64,000 nt of DNA from positions 34,114-98,113 of the IMG/VR virus record IMGVR_UViG_3300042393_000544; one strand, written 5' to 3'. Source of the DNA: a virus. Its lineage: Duplodnaviria > Caudoviricetes. Under the pieces are notes generated by a model. The model ran no database searches. It saw only the letters and a list, made by a program, of their open reading frames with translations, and was not told where the DNA came from. Positions 9,889 through 20,205 of this stretch are shown here, piece after piece. The position numbers and the translations under genes were made by a program. Numbering within the stretch: position 1 is the first letter of the stretch; every line of letters starts with the position of its first letter.

Positions 9889-10866
9889 ATGCCTCAGTTT
9901 TCAGACGACCTATTCTTAGGTTCCGCTATTACCGTTCAGGGTATGGATGCTTACCCTGCTGTCTCAACTTTTACTGGTTCAATTGCTACCACTACATTAA
10001 CTGTCACCGCAATGCTTTCTGGTGACCCAATATTTGTGGGTATGTTTATTGACAGTTCAACATCACTTACCAATGGAACTTACATTACCGCTTTTGGTAC
10101 AGGTTCTGGCGGTACAGGCACTTACACTGTAAGCGCCTCACAAACTGTAGCAAGCGCCACAATCATTGGTTCTGGTAATGCTTTGTTGCAAAACCCATCT
10201 CCAATGAGCGTAGGTGTTGGTCCGGTGGGTCGCCTTTATGTTTGGGATGCTGTCCCACAGGCAAAACTGACAACAAACATCGTCGCCGCTGTTATCACAA
10301 CTGCTACTACGCTCACGCTCGCAGCAGGTGCAGGCGTGACATCAGCCACGATCACAGGTGGCGGTACAGGCTTGCAACTCGACTGCCCTCGTGCGGTCTC
10401 TACGACCACAGGCGCGGGTAGCCCGACTACTGTAAACATTACTGTCTCTGGTTACGACTACTACGGTCAAGCCATGAGCGAAGTCATTGCAACAGGAACA
10501 GTGGCATCAACAACCGTCAGCGGTAAAAAAGCCTTTTACCAAATCGCCAGTGTTGTCTCTTCTGGCGCAAGCGTGGTGACCGTCGCGGTAGGTACAACCG
10601 ACATCTTAGGCGCGCCATTACGCATTACTGATGCTGGATACATTACTCGTGCAGGTTGGAACAACACTCTAGCAGAAGATGCTGGTACTTTTGCAGCCGC
10701 CGCTACTTTGACGGCTACGACAACCACGGGCGATGTGAGAGGTACTTATTTACCTTCCTCTGCTTGTGACGGTATCAAACGTCTTGTAATGGGAATAGCC
10801 CTGCCAGCCATTGCGGCAGGTCCAAATGCAACCCGTACTGGCGCTCTCGGCGTCACACAAGCCTAA
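9889..10866 (+). CDS. Thr/Ala/Gly-rich virion structural protein
   Basis: Beta-rich composition; AGGAG RBS; follows the capsid gene. Confidence 0.6.
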   Translation: MPQFSDDLFLGSAITVQGMDAYPAVSTFTGSIATTTLTVTAMLSGDPIFVGMFIDSSTSLTNGTYITAFGTGSGGTGTYTVSASQTVASATIIGSGNALLQNPSPMSVGVGPVGRLYVWDAVPQAKLTTNIVAAVITTATTLTLAAGAGVTSATITGGGTGLQLDCPRAVSTTTGAGSPTTVNITVSGYDYYGQAMSEVIATGTVASTTVSGKKAFYQIASVVSSGASVVTVAVGTTDILGAPLRITDAGYITRAGWNNTLAEDAGTFAAAATLTATTTTGDVRGTYLPSSACDGIKRLVMGIALPAIAAGPNATRTGALGVTQA

Positions 10867-10876
10867 GGGGTAGATC

Positions 10877-11431
10877 ATGGGTTTCAAAGAGATGAAGATG
10901 ATGAAGTCAACCGAGCCCTCAGTTGATGAGGCCGGCAAGGGCATGAAGAAGGGCGGCAAGCTAAAGATGCAAATGGGCGGTGCAATGCCTACTGCTCCTC
11001 TAGCCGCTGCAGCCCAACCTATGGGTCGTCGTCCCATGCCCTCGCGCCCAGCAATGGGTCGCCCAGCAATGGGTCGCAAGCCTGATCCTCGCGCAGCAAT
11101 GCTCGAGGCCGCGATGGCTCAGCGTGCAGGCGCTGGTGCTGCCCCGATGATGCGCAAGAAAGGCGGCGAAGTTGAGAGCAAGGCGATGCACATGAAAGAA
11201 GAGCGCCAGATCAAGGGCATCAAGAAAGAGCTGATGTCTCATGAGGGCAAGCCAGCGTCTAAGGCTCACAAGGGTCTTAAAACTGGCGGCATGCCCAAGT
11301 ATGCAACTGGCGGCGTTGTTCAGAAGTACGCAACCGGCGGTGTTGTGCAGAAGTTTGCAGACGGTGGCTTCGCTAAAGTAGCGTGCAAAGACGGCGGCGG
11401 CTTTAAGGCGATGAAAAAAGGCGGTTGCTAG
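10877..11431 (+). CDS. Basic, Met/Lys-rich protein with about nine xxGG motifs
   Basis: MKKGG, MQMGG, RKKGG, LKTGG, YATGG x2, FADGG, CKDGG, MKKGG. Confidence 0.75.
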   Translation: MGFKEMKMMKSTEPSVDEAGKGMKKGGKLKMQMGGAMPTAPLAAAAQPMGRRPMPSRPAMGRPAMGRKPDPRAAMLEAAMAQRAGAGAAPMMRKKGGEVESKAMHMKEERQIKGIKKELMSHEGKPASKAHKGLKTGGMPKYATGGVVQKYATGGVVQKFADGGFAKVACKDGGGFKAMKKGGC

Positions 11432-11441
11432 TAATAAATCG

Positions 11442-11461
11442 GGGGCGGCTTCGGTCGCCTC
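11442..11461 (+). terminator. UUCG-capped intergenic hairpin (terminator or mRNA stabiliser)
   Basis: GGGGCGGC-TTCG-GTCGCCTC with no U-tract. Confidence 0.45.
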
Positions 11462-11481
11462 AACTCAGCCAAGGAATAGCA

Positions 11482-12261
11482 ATGGGTACATATTCGTCAG
11501 CAACTCGTCAGGGTGCGTACGAGCCGTTTGAATTGCAAGTCGCTCGTAATCAAGTTGATGGTCACAAAACTTTGTTTAAATTTGGCATCAACGGCGATGT
11601 CGGCACATCCGTAGAAACAGTTTGGGCGCAAGGCGGGACATATGTGTACCCCGCTTCTGCCACGGTAATGAAAATTTCTAGTTCAAGCGCAGACGACACT
11701 TCTGCTGGAACTGGAGCAAGAACAATTGCTATTTTTGGTCTTGATGCAGATTACAACGAAATTAGCGAGTCTGTTCTTTTAGATGGGCAAACAGCAGTCA
11801 ACACTGGCAACAGTTATTTGCGTATTTCTCGTATTTATGTGACCACCGCCGGTTCTGGTGCAACTGCCGCAGGTACTATTTACGCTGGCACAGGCACTGT
11901 CACTTCTGGTGTGCCTGCAATTGTTTACGGCATGATTACCCTTACTGCAAACCAAACACAGATGGCGTTTTGGACAGTGCCAGCAGGGTACACACTGTAT
12001 TTAATGGGAACTTTCTTCACATCTGCAAACTCAACCGCAAACGCATCGACCAACTTTCAGTTGATTCAACGTCCACTTGGTGGTGTTTTTATAATACAAA
12101 GTTCAGCGCGTACCCCCGGTAATGGAGACTTCGTGATTGACCTGCACACCCCTTTGGCTTTTACTGAAAAGACAGACATTGAAATTAGGGCGATTGCTTC
12201 AGCGGGGGCTTCAAATGTCTCTGCTGAGTTTGAAGGCATCTACATCAAGAACCCAGACTAA
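11482..12261 (+). CDS. Virion structural protein (beta-rich)
   Basis: Start moved to ATG 11482 after AAGGA. FKFG.N.DV, GARTI.I.GLD, WTVPAG, EKTDIE motifs. Confidence 0.6.
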   Translation: MGTYSSATRQGAYEPFELQVARNQVDGHKTLFKFGINGDVGTSVETVWAQGGTYVYPASATVMKISSSSADDTSAGTGARTIAIFGLDADYNEISESVLLDGQTAVNTGNSYLRISRIYVTTAGSGATAAGTIYAGTGTVTSGVPAIVYGMITLTANQTQMAFWTVPAGYTLYLMGTFFTSANSTANASTNFQLIQRPLGGVFIIQSSARTPGNGDFVIDLHTPLAFTEKTDIEIRAIASAGASNVSAEFEGIYIKNPD

Positions 12262-12263
12262 TC

Positions 12264-12776
12264 ATGCCGAGCAAATCACCTGCCCAAAAGCGCTTGATGC
12301 AGGCCGCCGCTCACACTAAGGGTGGGTTCGGCGGTGTGCCTCAGAAGGTCGGTAAAGAGTTTGCGGCGGCTGATAAGATGAAAAGCGGTGGGCTATACGC
12401 CAACATCCACAAAAAACAGGAACGTATTGCTGCGGGCTCGGGCGAGCGTATGCGCAAGGTAGGCAGCGCAGGAGCACCGACCGCAGCAGCTTTTAAGCAG
12501 TCTGCAAAGACTGCAAAGATGAAAGACGGCGGTGATGTCTCTTTAGCAGTCGGTCGGGGCGAGAAATTGCCAACAGATCAGGGCGCGGGACTCACAGCCA
12601 AAGGTCGTGCGAAGTACAATGCAGCAACAGGGTCGAACCTGAAAGCCCCTCAGCCAGAGGGCGGTAGCCGTAAAAATTCATTTTGCGCCAGAATGTCTGG
12701 TGTAGTCAAGCACGCAAGCGGCGATGCGCCACGCGCAAAAGCCTCCTTAAAACGCTGGAAATGTCCGGGGTGGTAG
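12264..12776 (+). CDS. Basic three-module protein joined by MKxGG linkers; C-terminal SFCARM...RWKC (DUF6321-like) module
   Basis: MKSGG and MKDGG separate three basic segments. Confidence 0.7.
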   Translation: MPSKSPAQKRLMQAAAHTKGGFGGVPQKVGKEFAAADKMKSGGLYANIHKKQERIAAGSGERMRKVGSAGAPTAAAFKQSAKTAKMKDGGDVSLAVGRGEKLPTDQGAGLTAKGRAKYNAATGSNLKAPQPEGGSRKNSFCARMSGVVKHASGDAPRAKASLKRWKCPGW

Positions 12777-13835
12777 ATGTCAACTAGCGGCACAGTCTCT
12801 CAGACCACAATCTCTGTCCAACAGCTAATCGATCACGGCGCACGCCGTGCGGGTAAGCTCGCCGAGGAGCTGACCGTCGAGCAGGTGCAGGCCGCTAAAG
12901 AGAGCCTGTACTACCTGCTCTCGAGCCTGAGTAACTACGGCGTCAATTACTGGGCGATCAACAAAGTCATCGTTGGTCTGCAACCAAACAAGTACGAGTA
13001 CTTCCTGCCCGTGGGCACGGTCGACGTGCTCAACGCCAACTACCGCACGCTCACCAACATCAGTACGGGTGCCAACAGCACGTCAGGAACGACCCTGAAC
13101 GCATTTAACGGCGTAGGTGACCTGATATGTCAACTGAGCAACAACACGGGCTCTATCGGCATTGCAAACGGCACGAGCAGCCCTGTCTACATCAGCACGA
13201 TTGGTATCTTGCCTGCGGTGTCAGGTTCTGTGACCGTGAATCTGCAGTACTCGCAAGATGGCACGACTTGGGTGACGGTTTACGCACCCGGCGCAGAGAC
13301 GTGGGCATCTGGCACTTGGATTTATTACGACCTTGACCCCTCTGAGACAGCGCCTTTCTGGCGTATCCAGCAGACTGCGGGTGTCAATATGGGCTTCTAT
13401 CAGGTTGTATTTGGCACGATGCCGATGTCAATTAACATGTCGCGCATGAACCGTGACGATTACAGCTCACTGCCTAACCGCTCGTTTACGGCGTTGCGCC
13501 CTTTGCAGTACTGGTTTAATCGCACGATCCCTCAGCCCAACATGGAAGTCTGGCCCGTGCCTGACAACATCAGCCCTCAGCTCGAGCTGTGGTTAAACCG
13601 CTATATTCAAGACGTCGGCGATCTAAGCGGCGAGATTGAGATCCCTCAATACTTTTACATGGCAATTCAAAACGGCTTGGCGCACCAAATGGCGTTGGAG
13701 TTGCCGCAAGTTGATGCCGCGCGTATAACGTACCTTGAGCAGCAGTACGAGAAGCACTTCATGTTGGCTCAGAACGAGAACCGCGACAAGTCACCCATTA
13801 TGATCTCGCCCAATATCAGCATGTACACGAGATAG
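12777..13835 (+). CDS. Head-to-tail adaptor-like protein with an inserted beta-sandwich domain
   Basis: MSTSGT...A..SL..LL N-terminus; RDDY..LPN..RPLQYW..VWPVPD and helical C-terminus. Confidence 0.65.
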   Translation: MSTSGTVSQTTISVQQLIDHGARRAGKLAEELTVEQVQAAKESLYYLLSSLSNYGVNYWAINKVIVGLQPNKYEYFLPVGTVDVLNANYRTLTNISTGANSTSGTTLNAFNGVGDLICQLSNNTGSIGIANGTSSPVYISTIGILPAVSGSVTVNLQYSQDGTTWVTVYAPGAETWASGTWIYYDLDPSETAPFWRIQQTAGVNMGFYQVVFGTMPMSINMSRMNRDDYSSLPNRSFTALRPLQYWFNRTIPQPNMEVWPVPDNISPQLELWLNRYIQDVGDLSGEIEIPQYFYMAIQNGLAHQMALELPQVDAARITYLEQQYEKHFMLAQNENRDKSPIMISPNISMYTR

Positions 13836-13844
13836 GGGTATGAA

Positions 13845-14186
13845 ATGCCTCGCTTTTTGAATACAATTGGTAACAGTAGTTTGAGTGTTTTCATATGCGA
13901 CCGTTGCAAGATGAAAAGAGCTTATAGCGACATGCGTGCAGACGGCAACATACCCGCTATAAAGGTTTGCTCTGAGTCGTGTAGTGACCAGTTTGACCCA
14001 TATAGGTTGCCGGCAAGGCAGTCTGAAAAGATTAGCTTACGTTTTCCTCGCCCAGATGAGGATGTTGCAGAGCAGCACAACAACATTATCCTTGATCCTG
14101 ACATTCAGAACAAAGATGACGTTGGCATCGCAACTGAGCAAGCGAATACGCCGAATGACGGTAATTTAGACGTACTTTCACCGTAG
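13845..14186 (+). CDS. Small Cys-containing protein (CDRC...C)
   Basis: ICDRC, VC..C and RFPRPD motifs. Confidence 0.55.
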   Translation: MPRFLNTIGNSSLSVFICDRCKMKRAYSDMRADGNIPAIKVCSESCSDQFDPYRLPARQSEKISLRFPRPDEDVAEQHNNIILDPDIQNKDDVGIATEQANTPNDGNLDVLSP

Positions 14187-14194
14187 AGATTTAT

Positions 14195-15937
14195 ATGGCC
14201 GATGTCAGGATCACAGCCCTACCCGCAGCTCAGGCCATCACAGGCACTGAGCTAGTGCCTGTCGTCCAGAACGGATTAACGGTTCAAACGACTGTCTCTG
14301 CGATTACCTCGAGCCCCTCGCTCACGCAAACATTTTTGACTGTTGGCCTGCAAACAACGCTGCCCAATAGCCGTTACTTCTCAACAGGCGTCGGGCTCGG
14401 CATCACAGACGGTGGTGCGCAAGGCGCGTATGCGATCAGTTTAAACGGCACTAGCGGCTCATTAGAGACCGCAGGCACGGGCATCGTTGTTAAGACTGCT
14501 GCTAATACCATCACAGCACGATCGTTCGCTGTGAGCGGTTCTGGGCTGTCTTTGACCAACGGTAGCGGGGTAAGCGGTGACCCAACGCTCGCTTTGAGTG
14601 GTTTACCATTAGTCCTTGCAAACACGGTTGGCACGGGCTTATTGGCGGTCAACGGCGCGGCACTTACGCCACTCACGATTACAGGCACTGCTAATGAAAT
14701 CGCGGTCACAAGTGGCGACGGCGCAAGCGGCAACCCGATTATTGGCATTGCAACAAACCCAGTGCTACCGGGCACAGCCGCGGTGCAGGTACCAAGTGGC
14801 ACGACCGCGCAACGCGCAGGCGCTGTTGGCGCGTTCAGGCTTAACTTAGACACAAACCTATTTGAGGGCTTTAACGGCTCTTGGAACTCTTTTGCAGCGG
14901 GCTCAGGCGTCACCTCAATTTTAACGGGCACGGGATTAACAGGCGGTCCGATCACCTCCACGGGCACGATTGCAATTGACTCAACGGTTGCCACGCTCGC
15001 AGGCACCCAGACGCTCACCAACAAGACGATTAGTGGCGCGAGCAACACGCTGAGCAATATTGCAAACGCATCATTGGCCAACTCTGCCATCACGATCAAC
15101 GGCAACTCAGTCAGCCTTGGTGGCTCGACCACCGTGACAGCAACGGCGTCTAATCCACTTACAATAGGCACTGGGCTTTCAGGTACAAGCTACGACGGCT
15201 CTGCTGCTGTGACTGTGGCGATTGCCAACACCGCGGTGACCGCTGCGGCGTATGGTTCTGCCTCGAGTGTGGCAACGTTTACCGTTAATGCTCAGGGTCA
15301 GTTAACGCTGGCTGCGTCGACAGCAATTGCGATTGCTGCGTCACAAGTCACTAGCGGCACGCTTGCAATTGCTCAGGGCGGTACAAATAGCTCCGCCACG
15401 CCGACTAATGGTGGTGTTGGTTACGGTACAGGTACGGCGTATGCGTTTTCTGCGGCAGGCACATCAAGCGAGGTTTTAATCTCTGCAGGTGCAGCGTCGC
15501 CTACTTGGGCAAGTCAGTCAAGTCTAGCGGTTGGTACGTCTACTAACCTTGCAGGCGGTGCAACTGGATCATTGCCTTACCAGTCAGGCGCTGGTGCAAC
15601 GACGTTCTTGCCTACAAGCACGAACGGTTACATCTTGACCTTGACCGCAGGTTTACCTTCTTGGCAACCAGCCCCAGCGTCTGGTGTTACAACATTTAGC
15701 GCAGGCACCACAGGTTTAACACCTAGCACTGCAACAAGCGGTGCGGTAACCTTAGCAGGTACTTTAGCAATCGCTAACGGCGGAACAAATGGCACTGCCA
15801 CGCCGACTAATGGTGGCGCGGCTTACGGAACAGGGACTGCTTACGCTTTCACTTCAGCTGGTACCGCTGGGCAAGTTCTAACATCAACAGGTGCAGGCGC
15901 ACCAACTTGGTCAGACATTTCTGGAGGTACATTCTGA
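14195..15937 (+). CDS. Tail fibre protein
   Basis: T/G/A/S-rich; LAIAxGGT repeats, QTLTNKTI; ends GGTF. Confidence 0.75.
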   Translation: MADVRITALPAAQAITGTELVPVVQNGLTVQTTVSAITSSPSLTQTFLTVGLQTTLPNSRYFSTGVGLGITDGGAQGAYAISLNGTSGSLETAGTGIVVKTAANTITARSFAVSGSGLSLTNGSGVSGDPTLALSGLPLVLANTVGTGLLAVNGAALTPLTITGTANEIAVTSGDGASGNPIIGIATNPVLPGTAAVQVPSGTTAQRAGAVGAFRLNLDTNLFEGFNGSWNSFAAGSGVTSILTGTGLTGGPITSTGTIAIDSTVATLAGTQTLTNKTISGASNTLSNIANASLANSAITINGNSVSLGGSTTVTATASNPLTIGTGLSGTSYDGSAAVTVAIANTAVTAAAYGSASSVATFTVNAQGQLTLAASTAIAIAASQVTSGTLAIAQGGTNSSATPTNGGVGYGTGTAYAFSAAGTSSEVLISAGAASPTWASQSSLAVGTSTNLAGGATGSLPYQSGAGATTFLPTSTNGYILTLTAGLPSWQPAPASGVTTFSAGTTGLTPSTATSGAVTLAGTLAIANGGTNGTATPTNGGAAYGTGTAYAFTSAGTAGQVLTSTGAGAPTWSDISGGTF

Positions 15938-16653
15938 TGGCACAAAGCGGCTTTACCCCAATCAAACTTTACCTCTCGACGACCGCGGCGGCAGTGCCTA
16001 CGGCTGGCAACTTAGAGCCCGGCGAGTTAGCGATCAACAACAACGACGGCAAGCTCTTCTACGAAGACAGCTCGGGCGTTGTTCAAGTCATTGCCACAAA
16101 GGCGTCTGCTGCTAATTCTTTTTCCGCTGGCACAACAGGTCTCACGCCTAACACTGCTACTACTGGTGCAGTAACCTTAGCGGGTACGTTGGCTTTAGCA
16201 AACGGTGGAACAAATGCCTCGCTGACGGCTGTAGCAGGTGCGGTGCCTTACTCCTCGGCATCTGCGCTTGCTTTGACAGCGGCGGGTACAGCAGGTCAGG
16301 TCTTAACGTCAAACGGCGCAAGCGCACCTACATGGTCTACTCCTGCGGGTGGCGTGACACTTGCCAATGACACATCAACAACTTCTAACCTTTACCCCAC
16401 ATTTGCTGCGGCAACCTCTGGCTCTGTGTCTACTATTTACACGGGCAATGCAAACTTGCTGTACAAGCCAAGCACGGGCGAGCTTCAGTCAACAGCTTTG
16501 GTCGCAAGTAACGGCATCGTGGTAAACAGCGCAACAGTCGCAGCCAACTACACGATTGCATCGGGTAACAACGCCATGTCTGCGGGTCCTGTGACGATTA
16601 ACTCTGGCATTGTGGTCACGGTTAGTTCAGGTTCGGTCTGGGTGGTCGTGTAA
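15937..16653 (+). CDS. Tail fibre / fibre adaptor protein
   Basis: ATG overlaps the previous stop (TGATG). GELAINNNDGKLFY N-terminal fibre motif; shares a repeat with the preceding ORF. Confidence 0.7.
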   Translation: MAQSGFTPIKLYLSTTAAAVPTAGNLEPGELAINNNDGKLFYEDSSGVVQVIATKASAANSFSAGTTGLTPNTATTGAVTLAGTLALANGGTNASLTAVAGAVPYSSASALALTAAGTAGQVLTSNGASAPTWSTPAGGVTLANDTSTTSNLYPTFAAATSGSVSTIYTGNANLLYKPSTGELQSTALVASNGIVVNSATVAANYTIASGNNAMSAGPVTINSGIVVTVSSGSVWVVV

Positions 16654-17711
16654 TGGGACTGCGACTCAAAGCCTTCGCTCTAGGTACGGTTGAGGTCAAC
16701 CCTGTTGACACAGCATCTAACGTGTCTGTGAACGTGCAGGCAGCGAACGGTGTCTTGTCGTATGCAGACTCAGCGACTGGCGGTTTATATTTGCCATCAG
16801 GAACAACGGCACAGCGTCCTGCAAGTCCTGCAACAGGGCAGATGAGGTTCAATACCACGCTTGGCTACGCTGAGTTTTATGCGTTGGGGAATTGGTTCGC
16901 TGTGGGTGCTACGCCGACTCTTGCTATATCGTATTTAGTTGTGGCGGGCGGTGGTGGTGGTGGTGCAAGAGGTGCAGGTGGTGGTGGGGCAGGAGGGTTT
17001 TTAACAAGCACCACAATGTTAAGTTTAGGCACAACATATACAGTTACTGTTGGTGCTGGTGGTGCGGGTGGAGTCACTTCCGCCAAAGGCGCTCAAGGTT
17101 CTGATTCTGTATTTAACTCTATTACATCAACAGGTGGCGGTGGCGGTGGTACTTATGATGCTGCACCATCTAGTGGCGGTGGTTCTGGCGGCGGTGGTGG
17201 CGATAATGAAGCAAATAGCAGCGGCGTCGGCGCAACTGGAACTAGCGGTCAAGGAAATTCAGGCGGGACAGGCGCAAATAGCGCCCCTGCGTATGTTGGC
17301 GGCGGTGGGGGCGGCGCAGGCGCAGTAGGTGGAAATGCAAATACCGGAACAAATACTGGTGGTAGTGGTGGTGCTGGTACAGCTTCTAGCATTACAGGAA
17401 CATCTGTTACTTATGCCGGTGGTGGTGGTGGTTCTAGCTTTAGTGGCACAGGCGGTAGTGGTGGTGCGGGCGGCGGCGGGGCGGCATTTACGGGGAACAC
17501 AAATGGAGCAGCAGGTACAGCAAACACCGGCGGCGGCGGCGGTGCGGGTGGTTATCCAACATCAACAGGCGGTGCTGGCGGCTCAGGCGTAGTCATCCTA
17601 TCAGTACCCACGGTGTACTACTCAGGCACAACCACAGGATCACCAACTATTACTACCTCTGGCTCAAATACGATATTAAAATTTACCTCGTCGGGTTCTT
17701 ACACGGCATAA
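16653..17711 (+). CDS. Glycine-rich tail-associated protein, paralogue 1
   Basis: LPSGTTAQRP...FNTT, YLVVAGGGGG, GSGVVI, FTSSGSYTA. Confidence 0.75.
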   Translation: MGLRLKAFALGTVEVNPVDTASNVSVNVQAANGVLSYADSATGGLYLPSGTTAQRPASPATGQMRFNTTLGYAEFYALGNWFAVGATPTLAISYLVVAGGGGGGARGAGGGGAGGFLTSTTMLSLGTTYTVTVGAGGAGGVTSAKGAQGSDSVFNSITSTGGGGGGTYDAAPSSGGGSGGGGGDNEANSSGVGATGTSGQGNSGGTGANSAPAYVGGGGGGAGAVGGNANTGTNTGGSGGAGTASSITGTSVTYAGGGGGSSFSGTGGSGGAGGGGAAFTGNTNGAAGTANTGGGGGAGGYPTSTGGAGGSGVVILSVPTVYYSGTTTGSPTITTSGSNTILKFTSSGSYTA

Positions 17712-17720
17712 GGAATAGAT

Positions 17721-18743
17721 ATGGCAGGCTCAATTAAGTTGAACGCACCATTAGGCGGAAGTGTCACACTCAACGCTGTGGACACCGCATCGAACTTTGT
17801 AATGACCGTACCTGCTGCGGCTGGCATCTTAATTAACGCTGACTCTGCTACGGGTGCTGCACAACTTCCTGTTGGCACTACGGGGCAGAGACCTGCTTCG
17901 CCTGCTACTGGGCAGACTCGGTACAACAGCACGACAAATGCGCTTGAGATTTACGCAAATGGTGCTTGGGGCGCAATTAACGCGTATACGGGCAGTTATC
18001 TTGTTGTTGCAGGTGGCGGTAGCGGCGCTGGGTATATCGGTGGTGGCGGTGGCGCAGGTGGTTTGTTAACAGGAACAATGACTTTTTTTGCTAGTTCTGT
18101 GTATACGATAACAATTGGCGCAGGCAGTCCTGCATCAAGTAGTGGTGGTGTTGGGGCAAACGGGTCAAATTCTACCGCGCTTGGTTTAACCCTTCTAGGC
18201 GGCGGCGGTGGCGGTAGCTATGTTGTAGCCCCATATACAGGTCTTGCTGGTGGGTCAGGTGGTGGCGGTTCTCAATCGCAAGCGGGCGGTGCAGGCACAT
18301 CCGGTCAAGGAAATGCGGGAGGGTCAGGGAACAATACTGGCGCTAATCAGTATGGCGGGGGCGGAGGTGGTTCTGGTGCTGTGGGCGCAAATGCAAGCAC
18401 AATTGCGGGAGGAAACGGCGGCGCAGGAACTTCAAGTTCTATTTCGGGTTCGGCAGCGTTTTATGCAGGCGGCGGCGGCGGGGGTACTGGCGGTGGTAGC
18501 ACACCGGGTACTGGTGGCGCAGGCGGCGGCGGAGCTGGTGCTGCATCTGGTGCTGGTACAGCAGGTACGGCGAATACCGGTGGTGGTGGTGGTGGCACAG
18601 TAACCGGAATTAGTGGAGCAGGCGGTTCAGGCGTAGTCATCATCTCCTACGCTGGCGCACAACGTGCTACTGGTGGAACCGTAACTAGCTCAGGCGGCAA
18701 CACAATCCACACCTTCACCACATCTGGCACATTTACGGCGTAA
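17721..18743 (+). CDS. Glycine-rich tail-associated protein, paralogue 2
   Basis: Same architecture; ends HTFTTSGTFTA. Confidence 0.75.
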   Translation: MAGSIKLNAPLGGSVTLNAVDTASNFVMTVPAAAGILINADSATGAAQLPVGTTGQRPASPATGQTRYNSTTNALEIYANGAWGAINAYTGSYLVVAGGGSGAGYIGGGGGAGGLLTGTMTFFASSVYTITIGAGSPASSSGGVGANGSNSTALGLTLLGGGGGGSYVVAPYTGLAGGSGGGGSQSQAGGAGTSGQGNAGGSGNNTGANQYGGGGGGSGAVGANASTIAGGNGGAGTSSSISGSAAFYAGGGGGGTGGGSTPGTGGAGGGGAGAASGAGTAGTANTGGGGGGTVTGISGAGGSGVVIISYAGAQRATGGTVTSSGGNTIHTFTTSGTFTA

Positions 18744-18753
18744 AGGAAAGAAC

Positions 18754-19710
18754 ATGACAGCATATGTAGGCGGCTCAACAGGATTTGGCCCACCATCATG
18801 GACAACAGCAGGTCGCCCCGGCAGTCCTGTCTTAGGTCAGCTTGGTTGGAATACAACTTTGGCACAACTTGAGGCTTACAACGGCGTAAGTTGGCAGACG
18901 CTTGCGTCAACTGCATATTCTATTGACAGTTTAGTTGTAGCTGGCGGCGGTGGTGGGGCGGGTATTTCGGCAGGTGATGTTGGCGTTGGTGGAGGTGGCG
19001 CAGGTGGTGTATTAGTAGGGTCTGCCGCTTCTGTAAGCCCCGGGACTTCCTATACCGTCACTATTGGCGCAGGCGGCGCAGGCGGCGCAGGATCACTTTC
19101 TATTACAGGAAAGGGAACTTCCGGCAGCAATTCATTGATAACTTCAATTGCAACTGCAATCGGCGGAGGTGGTGGTAGCAACAGATATTTTTCTGCTGAT
19201 TCTGGCGGTTCGGGTGGTGGTGGATCATTTGGTACTGGTTTGCCCGGCTCAGGCACTGCTGGTCAAGGATTTGCAGGTGGCACAGGAACAGCCACAGTGA
19301 ATTACGGCGGTGGTGGCGGCGGTGGTGGGAGCGCTTTGGGCGGAACAGGTACAGCAAGTGTTGGCGGTAATGGCGGTGCAGGAACGTCAAATGCTTATTC
19401 AGGCGCTTCGGTAACTTACGGCGGCGGCGGAGGAGGTGGAATTGCTGGTGGTACAACAGCCGGAACTGGCGGAGCGGGTGGCGGAGGAAATGGTGGCGCT
19501 GTTGCTGCGGGTTCAGCGGCTAGTGTAAACACCGGAGGTGGTGGTGGTGGTGCAGGGTCTAACGGCGCTCAAGTAGGTGGCGCTGGTGGTTCAGGAATTG
19601 TCATCATCCGTTATACAGGTACTGTTGCTAGAGGCACAGGCGGCACAATCACCATTACAGGCGGTTACGTTATTCACACATTTACAACTAGCGGTACATT
19701 TACAGCATGA
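18754..19710 (+). CDS. Glycine-rich tail-associated protein, paralogue 3
   Basis: Same architecture; ends HTFTTSGTFTA. Confidence 0.75.
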   Translation: MTAYVGGSTGFGPPSWTTAGRPGSPVLGQLGWNTTLAQLEAYNGVSWQTLASTAYSIDSLVVAGGGGGAGISAGDVGVGGGGAGGVLVGSAASVSPGTSYTVTIGAGGAGGAGSLSITGKGTSGSNSLITSIATAIGGGGGSNRYFSADSGGSGGGGSFGTGLPGSGTAGQGFAGGTGTATVNYGGGGGGGGSALGGTGTASVGGNGGAGTSNAYSGASVTYGGGGGGGIAGGTTAGTGGAGGGGNGGAVAAGSAASVNTGGGGGGAGSNGAQVGGAGGSGIVIIRYTGTVARGTGGTITITGGYVIHTFTTSGTFTA

Positions 19711-20195
19711 TTACGCAAGAGCGCCTGAAAGAACTTTTTGACTACCAAGACGGGCAACTGATTTGGAAAGTCAAGAAGGCTCGTGCAAACAAGGGTGATA
19801 TTGCTGGTTGCAATGCACTAGCTAATGGCATTATGTATCGCCAAACCAAGATTGATGGCAAGCAGCATCGAGTTCATTGTTTAGTGTTTTTGTTGCACCA
19901 CGGTTATTTGCCAAAACAAGTAGACCATATTGATGGTAACGGTTTAAACAACAGAATTGAAAACTTGCGAGCAGCAGACGCTAGTAGCAATGCGCTTAAT
20001 TCAAAAATAAAATCATCAAATACATCAGGATGCAAAAATGTTTATTGGCATACTGAAGCAAACAAATGGTTTGTAAGAATTACTTTAAAAAACAAATTGT
20101 ATAGTTTTGGTATGTATGACGATTTAGAATTAGCAGATTTAGTAGCAACAGAAGTTCGTAGCAAATTTCATGGGCAGTTTGCCCGTCATTTTTAA
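19707..20195 (+). CDS. HNH homing endonuclease with AP2-like C-terminal domain
   Basis: VDHIDGNGLNNRIENLR and NTSGCKNVYW...KW; AT-richer than flanks. Confidence 0.9.
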   Translation: MITQERLKELFDYQDGQLIWKVKKARANKGDIAGCNALANGIMYRQTKIDGKQHRVHCLVFLLHHGYLPKQVDHIDGNGLNNRIENLRAADASSNALNSKIKSSNTSGCKNVYWHTEANKWFVRITLKNKLYSFGMYDDLELADLVATEVRSKFHGQFARHF

Positions 20196-20205
20196 GGAGT
20201 ATATT

